NCBI GenBank assembly: GCA_001179505.1
Contig: CDMY01000617.1
Coordinates: forward strand, 1-41,971
Source of the DNA: Vitrella brassicaformis CCMP3155
Taxonomy: Eukaryota; Protista; Chromerida
Length of the DNA: 41,971 bases
Reading direction: 5' to 3'
Under the pieces are notes generated by a model. The model worked only from the letters and a program-made list of their open reading frames with translations, did no database searches and was not told the origin of the DNA. A program made the position numbers and the translations under genes. Positions 1 through 8,677 of this stretch are shown here, piece after piece; the first letter of the stretch is position 1; every line of letters starts with the position of its first letter.

Positions 1-646
1 CTGTTTGCTGGCTCACCGTTTTGTTTGTGTGTGTGTTGATGTCATCGGCTGTGAGGATGACAGGCAGGTCACAGTTGCCGCACTGCCCCGCCACCTCAAT
101 CACCTCGGCCATCTCGCCCCATGGCCCCTCCTCCACCACACACGCAGCCGCCAGCAGATCATGTGTGCCGAACTGGTCGTCGTCGAACCGCAGCAGCTGC
201 ACTTGCTGCCGATTCACCGCCCGCCGCAGCCCCGCCTGTGAGCCCAGCGAGTGGCGGAGCCGATCTCTCAGCTGGGCCGCTCCGTGGAGCTCGCTGATCC
301 ACGTGCAGGTGGCCCTCAGCCGCAGGATGTCCTTGATGCTGCTGAAGAGGTAGAAGGTGCGGCGGCCGACAAAGATATACGAGAAGGGGTGCTGCTGCTG
401 ATGCTGCTGCTGCTGCTGCTGATGCTGCTGCTGCTGCTGCTGCTGCTCTGGTTGCTGCATCTGGGTAGCTATGATGTGCTCGACGACAGCCTGCAGAGAG
501 CGACAGAGCCGACAGAGGACCGTGTGCATCAAGCATCCTGCTCATTCATCTGTGCGGCTCACCTCGTTCGATGATCAGAATGACAGATCACCATGCAAAG
601 AAGTGACTACCGCACCACCACCACTGGCAGATGAGGAGGCCGCCAT
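1..646 (-). CDS. Family A gene, copy A1 (5' part; runs off the window): polyQ + F-box-like motif
   Basis: Minus frame from ATG 460 reads MQQPEQ(n)HPFSYIFVGRRTFYLFSSIKDILRLRATCTW...TADDINTHTNKT, then a GTGAG donor. An upstream exon starts at ATG 646 and has an in-frame TGA at 575-577. Near-identical to copies at 32.3-33.0 kb and 36.8-37.5 kb. Confidence 0.8.
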
Positions 647-1050
647 CACTCCTCAACGCCACGCCTGCAGCGATGGGCAATGGCGATGGACCGACAGACA
701 CAGAAAGAAAGAGAGAGATGCCAACAGACAAGGACGGCGAACGAATTGAGGCCAATGGATCAGTGAGCGCCTCAGTGAGTCAGTCAGTGAGTGGTCGGCC
801 TCCCTCACCTCTGTTTGGCTGTCAGCTCAATGGCCCGCCATCTCACCGCAGCAGTCGACAGGGATGACTGACTAGAGTGATTCCTCTCGCCCTCTTGTCG
901 GCCGAGTGCGTCACTCTCGCAAACGCACAGCTATCTGTTACGGACCAACCGAATAAGCTAAGCTGTGGTTGTCCATCTGCGGGTCGTATTCACCATTCCT
1001 CAACACTATCCGACAAGGAACAGACGCCTCGCATGCACCCTCCAGGGCTA

Positions 1051-1082
1051 TAGGGTATAAACCCTTTGACCCTTCGAACCCT
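1051..1082. promoter_or_regulatory. AGGGT-n-AAACCCTTTGA(C/T)CC telo-box-like motif between divergent genes
   Basis: tagggtataaaccctttgacccttcgaaccct. The same motif recurs at 33301-33340 and 37729-37766, always upstream of a family A copy. A regulatory role is inferred. Confidence 0.4.
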
Positions 1083-1280
1083 GACTTTGGTTCATCATTC
1101 ATTGTTTTGGCCTCCTGCGCCAGAGATGTCTTCGCTCACCATGATGCGCAGATTCGACGTGTGGCGAGCGGCATCTGCACACGGAGATTGAGGACAGTTT
1201 GCTCGGCTTCGATTCGGCGAGCCTTGTGTGGCCTTCCCGGCCTCTTTGAGGACAGCAGAGGCCTTCGCAGAGGCGCCCTG

Positions 1281-2396
1281 ATGGCTGGGATCCATCGGTG
1301 AGGCGCCTGGGGCGATGTCGGAGGGCATCGCGGAGGGGCCGGGCGGACCGGTGAGGCCAACAGGACGACAAGAGGGCGGGAGTGACAGATCTGCACGTCG
1401 GTGTGATGCTGTTTGCTTGTCTGGTCAGGACGGCAGCATGCATTGGCCGCAGCGGAGAGGTGCGCCCATCGGACGACAAACGACCCACAGACCATTACTG
1501 ACGTGTCCCTGTGTGTGTGTCGTAGTGCAGCCGTGTGGGTGAACCAGTTAGTTCGGAGGGCGTCACGGATTGGCTGCGGCGACACGACGATCATGCGGGC
1601 GGTGCGGCTGGTCAGTGTCGCTGATGTGCCCAATGAGCCGACACACACATGGGTACTTAGACGGGACACAAACAGGCAGGCACACCAACCGACACACCGC
1701 ACACCTGTTTGGCTGTCTGTGTGTGCAGCTGGTGGTTCGTTGGATGGCTGATAGATCTGAGTGTGGGCTGCAGTGTCTGGAGAGGCTCTTCACTGCCGCC
1801 GGCATGGACACACACGGCCGCCTTCTTATTCGCCAAATACCTCATGGTCAGTCGGTCGGCCACTCACACCCAGACACCTCCAGCCATGGAATGGCTTACC
1901 CCTGCCTGTCTGTGCCCTTTGTGTGTGTTTGTTCACAGTTTTTGTCGATGTGCGACGTCGATTTGGCCGCGTGCGATGTCGGCCTGCTGGCCGCCACGGC
2001 CGTCTACATCACACGCAAGACCAACCAGGACCAAACAACGGGCCGCATATGGGTCAGCCGAAGGAGCACCACGTGTCATGATGTGTGTGTGTGTGATGGC
2101 CTGGGTGGGTCAATGTCCGTCAGAGTGCGGCCCTTGTGGCTGAGAGTTCGGTCAGCGAGGCGGCGTTGGAGTCCAGCGTAGTGCCCCTGAGGATGCAGCG
2201 GCTCATGTGGGGCGACACACAGACCGCCAAAGGGGTGAGGGACACACCAGCAGGCAATGCGCGTGTCATTCTGTGTGTTTTATGTGTGTAATTGTGTGTG
2301 CAGATAGTGACGGATGCAGTGGATGAGATGTTCGCCTCGCCCAGACATCACGGCGTCGCATCGATACCCAACCGCCTGCACCAGCAGGTGGCGTGA
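1281..2396 (+). CDS. Divergent cyclin-fold protein (C-terminal cyclin domain clear, N-terminal box degenerate, start uncertain)
   Basis: Phase-consistent GT-AG exons 1526-1652, 1729-1846, 1939-2052, 2124-2234 and 2304-2396. They give ...VLSMCDVDLAACDVGLLAATAVYITRK...IWSAALVAESSVSEAALESSVVPL...AVDEMFASPRHHGVA, matching the cyclin A/B C-terminal pattern (LsLld..psllAAaavylAr..W...L....seL..avr.Ky.s..f..Va). Confidence 0.6.
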
Positions 2397-2443
2397 CACA
2401 ACTGACTTGAAGAGTGAGTGTTGCGATGGTTCCCATTATGTAG

Positions 2444-4487
2444 GTGTCTGTTTGGTGGATCGTGCTGCTGTGGCTGTGGCGCATGTGCTGCCGTGTGTGG
2501 TCCTCATCCGAGCAAACCGCGGTTCACAACCACCCTCAGCAGCAGCAGCAGGTGGGTGTGACACAGCCGACCGACAGACGTGCACCAGATGTGTCTTGTG
2601 TGTTCTGCACTGTTACGTGTGTGTGCTGTCTGCAGGCGGGCAACAAGGAGCATCCCCTCGCCCATTTCTTCGCCGACGACCGGTGCTGCATCCCCGACAT
2701 CAGCACCACACTCCAGCTGAGGGCCAAAGTGCGATGCTTCAGAGACGCATTCTCACCAACACAGCTGCGCAGCCGACTCGACCACTCGATGGCCCGTGGC
2801 GGCATCGACACTCAGCTGGTGCAGTTCGACCCATCACTGGGGATGCGTGAGCTGCTGGCGGCGGTGTGGATCGGCGAGGAGGGCGGGCGGTGGGATGAGA
2901 CGCGGGAGGTGCTGCAGCTAGCCAGCCAGTGCCGCTACTGCACGCTGCCCGTCAACCTCACCGCAGATAACATCAACACACACGCCAGCAAGACGGTAAG
3001 GCACACACACACAGAGGGACAGAGAGGACTCATTCATTCTTCTCTCTCCGTCTGTCTGTCTGTCTGCTTGTGTGCTCGTGTGTGTAGGAGTATATGTGTC
3101 GGCTCCCCGTGTGTTGGCGCAGCTCAACATGGTCGGCCGCCACATCCACTTCAGTGACGGCAGGTGCCTGCAGCTGTTCCAACACAATGGTGAGGTGCGG
3201 GCCATCACTGACGAGCCCGACTTCCGGCTGGAGGTCGACCCGCCCCCCCCTGCCGGCCACCTGTATCGGCAGCACCGACAGCCACACGACCCGCCGATGC
3301 GTGAGAGCATATACTACTCGACCGACTGCGGATGGGTGTCGTTCGGTGGCCACTTCACCGATGCGTCAGTGTCGTCATTTGTCAAGTTCATGGTTCTCGA
3401 CTACTTCAACGTGACTCACCAGATCAATGAGATATCGACAACACTCAACAGGTGACAACACATGGATGGCACTGAAGGCAAGGAGAGAGCGCCATTGACT
3501 GTGTGTGTGGTTGGTTCAGGTTTGTCGCTGGCGGCCGTCTGGATGGCCTGCTGATCGAGTCGCCCCACACACCGGTGGCCGGCTGCACCACGACACTCGG
3601 GCTGGACGGTGATGAGCGATTGCTGGTGCTGACCGACGGCAGCCACCCCTTCGTCGCGTGGATTGACATCAGGGGATTCGGAAACAACAACGGTAAGACT
3701 GACAGAGAGGGAGTGCTGCTGGTCAAATGTCGCATGTTCTCCTTCCCCTTGTGCGCAGTGCTCGTTAGTGTCGTGACCACTGAGTCGTCTGTGTGTGAGG
3801 GTGGTCCCTTCAAGCACCGCTTCCCGGTGACCACTCGGCTGGCTCGTGTGGCGTTGGGGCCAGGAGTGGCGCCATATGTCTTCGACGGTCAAGTAGACAA
3901 CGACAGCGACGATGATGACGGTGCGGAGAGGGGAGGGGAGGGACACACACATTCGGTGGTGATGGATGGATGACATTTCTTCTCTGTGTTTGTGTGTGTG
4001 GTGTAGATTCCGACGGCCATGGCGACGATAGTGACGATATGGATGCCGACAGCGACGGGGGTACACAGAAAGGCACACACAATCAGTACGCACGGATGCC
4101 CCAATGTCAATCCACATCGGCAGAGGAGGAAAACGACGAGGATGAAGGCGATAACGGTGGTGACGAAAGCGGTGAGTGGACGGACAGACAGAGGGATGAG
4201 GGAGGGAGGGAGACACACTCGCGTGAATGGATGGATAATGGGCCTTCTTTATGTGTGTGGTGCAGACGGTGATGGTGGCGATGAGAGTGACGAGATGGAT
4301 CTCGACAGCGAACACCGCAGCGGAGGTACAAAAGAAGGAGGGAAGGCACACACAGCACACCACAGATGCCCTTGTCTCGATCCGCATCACAGGCATGTCT
4401 GTGTGTGCGTGTGTGTGCGTGATTGTGTGTGTCTTGATGACAGGTGAGGACGCATCAGCCGAGGAGGAGAATGGCAGGCAGCGTTGA
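2444..4487 (+). CDS. Family A gene, diverged copy A2 (possibly fused to the upstream cyclin)
   Basis: Exons 2444-~2549, ~2636-2996, ~3089-3452 and 3520-3692, then 3759 onward plus acidic mini-exons to TGA 4485-4487. Shares MSAPRVLAQL, HTPVAGCTTT and GPFKHRFPVT with the minus-strand copies. No lesion seen. Confidence 0.75.
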
Positions 4488-6006
4488 CGACACACACACA
4501 CCAATCATCATTATACATGCCGGTAAGTACGCCGATACCTACCCCTCACAGCCCGTGGTGTCTGTCATTGAATTGACCCTGACTGAACCATTTTTCTCTT
4601 TTCTTTGTGTGTGTGTGTGTGTGTGTGTGTGTATCCTGCCTGCCTGCAGTAGCAAGCTGTCTGGTCGCCTCGACGCATAGCTGTGCGTAGTGTAGATGAG
4701 AGGCTGATGGCCCACCGACTCCGCGATTCCCCGACTGCCTGCCGGTGTGCACCTCTCTCCCCCACTCTCGCGCCTTCTATCTATCTGTCTGCGTCGATAC
4801 CCCTCCCTCCTGCTGGCTGCGTGTGACGTATGGTGTCTCTGACTGATTGATGCAGACGTGTGTGTGTTTGTTGATCTGTGGGTCCCGTGTGCCTGACTTG
4901 CCGTGTCTGTCTTGCCCCCTCTCTCCATCCACATGCCCATATCTGACGTCCTTGGCTGCCTGGCTGCCTGGGTTCGGGGGTGGTGCTGTGTCTCATCGAT
5001 GCTGTCTTGACTGCTGCCATGGTGGGGTGTGAGTATTGACCATGGGTGTACTGTGCTTGTACAGCCTTTTCTCATGCACTGTGTCGTGACCGTCATTGAG
5101 AGACAAATCCGCCCTGCGAACCTCAATCATCTCATCGGCAGCCAGAGAGCATCCCCCACTCACTCACTCACTCACTCCATATACATACCACGTGTAATCG
5201 AGAGCCTGCTGGGTGTGACTTGCCTGTCCGTCCGTCCGTCTGTCTGTCTGTCTGTCGGGCGAGCGTGTGGTGAGCGGGGGACGAGAGGAAGCGCACGTAT
5301 TGTGAAAATGTCATGACATGCAATGCCATGCTCGGTGCACCGTGTGCATGGGATTCGTTGATTCCGTGTGCGATGCATTTTGACTGTGTACAGAGGGATC
5401 GGGGCGGGGTAATTGCTTTACAGAAATGATAGGTTTATACGGTGATTGCTTTTAGCGATACTTACTGTACACGGTGATCACTCTGTACAGAACCGCATAA
5501 ACCAATCACCTCACAAACAGACTCAAATTAGCCATTCGAGCCGACCACTCATGGCTCAAAATGACCGCAAGACGATGAAGCACCCCTCTGTGAAAGAGCG
5601 GACCGATGAAAAACTTGTGAATGAGCGGAGAAATACAGACATTTTGATTGTCTTCTTTGAGATGAACCATTCTCGACGAGAAGGCGAGTTTGCTTGGCGA
5701 GGTTGAGTCACGAACGATGTAAACGGAGAGCGGCTGGCGCGCGTGTACAATGGGCCGGTGCTCTCCGCTGTGTAATGTGTGTTAAGTGTCTGCTTCTGTT
5801 TGGCCTTGTTATTGCAGTGGGGACTCTGTTTGGCTGCTATGGAGTTTTGTTGCTGCGTGGCTTCGGTGCACGCGCGCTTGTCCGATACGTGTCCCTTCCT
5901 TGGCTGTGCTACGGGTCGCTACGGGTAGTATGCACATCGTGGGCTCACATGATGCTATCGATCAAAAAAAAGGCCTCTCTCGTCCTCTGAGGCGGTCCGT
6001 CTAGGC

Positions 6007-6619
6007 ATGTGCATTGGGGACGCTGGGGGGCTCTCTCAGTCTGCGGGACGAGTTCACTTCATGCAGGTCCGACACGGCACAGATAGGCAGACACACTCCA
6101 CCACACAGTCATTGAGAGAGAGGCACGGCAGGCGAGTGAGTCAGCCAGGCAGCCACACACAGTCACACATCGGCCGAACCGTCACATCAACATCGGCCAG
6201 CAGCGGAGGGCGCGAAGCGCCCACACCCACACCCACAGGCAGCCAGCCATGAGGATGGGCAGAGATCTATGCACACATACACAGACATACAGATGGAGGG
6301 AGGAAGGGCTACATATAGAAAGAGAGACGGACACAGAGAAGAGCGACGGACGGGCAAAAACGACCCCACAGACCGATTCACGCATGTCATGGAACTCAGC
6401 CATCCGGTCACATATCAGCAGCTGGTCTGTCTGTCGACAGAGTGAGGGGTAGCGTCGTCTTGCACACACACAGATCGGCGACAGAGATGACGACAGCCGG
6501 CATGTGAGAGATACCCTCCTGATGATACACGCACACCAGTAAGGACAGCATCCAGTCACATGACAAGGATGTGAATCGCTGCGTGCCCACCAGTTTTGAC
6601 TGATCGATGGATCGATCAG
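6007..6619 (-). repeat. Conserved ~600 bp block downstream of family A minus-strand copies (probable 3' UTR)
   Basis: Homologous to ~30580-31181, ~35060-35654 and ~40280-40852. Shared blocks include cagcagctggtctgtctgtcgacaga and gagatgacgacagccggca. Confidence 0.75.
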
Positions 6620-8203
6620 TCAGTCGCCGCTCTCCGCCTCAGCTGCGCCACCGTCACCTGTCAAGTCCAAAGGACACACACACAAATGAAAGTCATGGAG
6701 GCCAATGTGAGCGGCTCTGTGTAGTGGTGCCTTCCAGCCTGTGTACCTCCGCTGCCCTCATCACCGCTGCCGTCATCCACATCGTCAATCTCATCACCAT
6801 CACTGTCGGAATCTGCAGACACCACACACACAGAAGGCACGTCTTCCATCCATCCATCCATCCATGTGTCTGACTGTGCCCTTACCGCTATCGTCATGCT
6901 GCTGCTGCTGCTGTTGCTGTTGCACTTGTCCGTCGAATACGAATGGCCCCACCGCCCCCAACGCCACGCGAGCCAGCTGAGTGGTCACCGGGAAGCGGTG
7001 CTTGAAGGGACCACTCCCATACACAGCCGCCTCAGTGGTGTAGACAATCACACGCACTGCACACAAGGGGCAGAAGACCACGCGACGTATGACCAGCAGA
7101 GCTAGCCTCTCTGTCTCCCTTACCGTCGTTTCCTGTATCCGCGATGTCAATCCATGCGACGAAGGAGTGCCTGCTGTCGGTCAGCACCAGCAACCGCTCA
7201 TCACCGTCCAGCCCGAGTGTCGTGGTGCAGCCGGCCACAGGTGTGTGGGGCGACTCGATCAGCAGGCCATCCAGACGGCCGCCACCGACATACCTGAACC
7301 AACCCCAGCCACACACACAGCCAAAGGTGCTCTCTCTTGCCTTCAGTGCCACTGATGCTGTCACCTGTTGAGGTCTATCCGTATCTCGTTGATCTGGTTA
7401 GTCTCTTCGAAGTGGATGAGGACCATGAACGTGGCCAACGACGAAACTGACGCATGGGTGAACACCAAGCCCTGAACGGCCGACACCCACCCGCCGTCGG
7501 GCGAGTAGATGATGCTCTCACGCACTGGTGGGTCCTGTGGCTGCCGGTGCTGCCGATACAGGTGGCCGGCGGCGAGGGGCGGGTCGACCTCTAGCCGGAA
7601 GTCGGGCTCGTCAGTGATGGCCCGCACCTCACCGATGCCGTGTTGGAACAGCTGCAGGGAGCTGTCGTCACCGAAGTGGACGTGGCGGCCGATCATCTTG
7701 AGCTGCGACAACACACGGGGAGCCGACATATACGCCTACACACACGATCACACACACAGACAGAGAGAATGAGGCCCTCTCCCNNNNNNNNNNNNNNNNN
7801 NNNNNNNNNNNNNNNNNNNNNNNNNNNNNNNNNNNNNNNNNNNNNNNNNNNNNNNNNNNNNNNNNNNNNNNNNNNNNNNNNNNNNNNNNNNNNNNNNNNN
7901 NNNNNNNNNNNNNNNNNNNNNNNNNNNNNNNNNNNNNNNNNNNNNNNNNNNNNNNNNNNNNNNNNNNNNNNNNNNNNNNNNNNNNNNNNNNNNNNNNNNN
8001 NNNNNNNNNNNNNNNNNNNNNNNNNNNNNNNNNNNNNNNNNNNNNNNNNNNNNNNNNNNNNNNNNNNNNNNNNNNNNNNNNNNGATGTCCTTGATGCTGC
8101 TGAAGAGGTAGAAGGTGCGGCGGCCGACGAAGATATACGAGAAGGGGTGCTGCTGCTGCTGCCGCTGCTGCTGCCGCTGCTGCTGCTGCTCTGGTTGCTG
8201 CAT
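6620..8203 (-). CDS. Family A gene, copy A3 (gap inside; 5' leader replaced by unrelated sequence)
   Basis: MQQPEQ from ATG 8203, 300-N gap, then exons matching ORFs 7361-7729, 7032-7364 and 6800-7150. Two acidic mini-exons end ...AESGD-TGA at 6620. Visible exons splice in frame. Confidence 0.75.
7784..8083. other. Assembly gap; five more at 15738-16037, 24700-24999, 27953-28252, 34174-34473 and 38642-38941
   Basis: All six N-runs are exactly 300 nt, so they are placeholders. The paralog spanning gap 2 has 275 nt there. Confidence 0.95.
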
Positions 8204-8211
8204 TTGGGTAG

Positions 8212-8634
8212 CTATGATGTGCTCGACGACAGCCTGCACAGAGCGACAGAGCCGGCAAGACACATGAGAATGCGACTCGCTTGGTGTGCCTCTCTCTCAC
8301 GTTGGTTGTCTGTCCACGTCTGCATTCCTTGCTCACGCAATGGGCCTGAACTCGTAGACGATGGGCAGATGCCTTAATATGCCGTCGTAAAACGCCAAGG
8401 AAACGTAGCAAGAGGCGACTCCCACGCACCAAAGGGCCATCCAGATGTACCCCACGGCCCACACAAAGCTGGGCACCACGAACGGAATCGCAAACAGGCC
8501 CATATTATTGGGCGTCAGGGCAAGGGCAGCTCAACTTGGCTGATGATGTAGAGGTAACGGTAGCCGTACTCGGCTGAGCCAGGACAGAAGACTTCTCCAG
8601 AGACTGGGGGCTGCGAGCTGGAAAGTGCCCCCAT
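8212..8634 (-). pseudogene. Frameshifted membrane-protein-like fragment joined through an intron to A3
   Basis: MGALSSSQPPVSGEVFCPGSAEYGYRYLYIISQVELPLP* overlaps a second frame ALTPNNMGLFAIPFVVPSFVWAVGYIWMALWCVGVASCYVSLAFYDGILRHLPIVYEFRPIA. That frame ends at a GTGAGC donor whose intron uses the family A acceptor. Family not recognised. Confidence 0.3.
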
Positions 8635-8677
8635 ACCGGCACGATTGCGGCGGGCTTAGCACGCCACCGGCTCTCGC

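Noticed and set aside
575-577. Family A as selenoproteins
   Set aside because: No CxxU or redox-like context, no aligned Cys, and no SECIS recognisable by eye. A formal search is still needed.
3416-4504. 362-aa minus-strand ORF and similar His/Arg-rich ORFs
   Set aside because: Antisense shadow of the A2 acidic exons and microsatellite introns.
5400-6004. Short ORFs in an AT-richer intergenic stretch as a gene or transposon relic
   Set aside because: No splice-consistent model, recognisable motif, terminal repeats or TSD.
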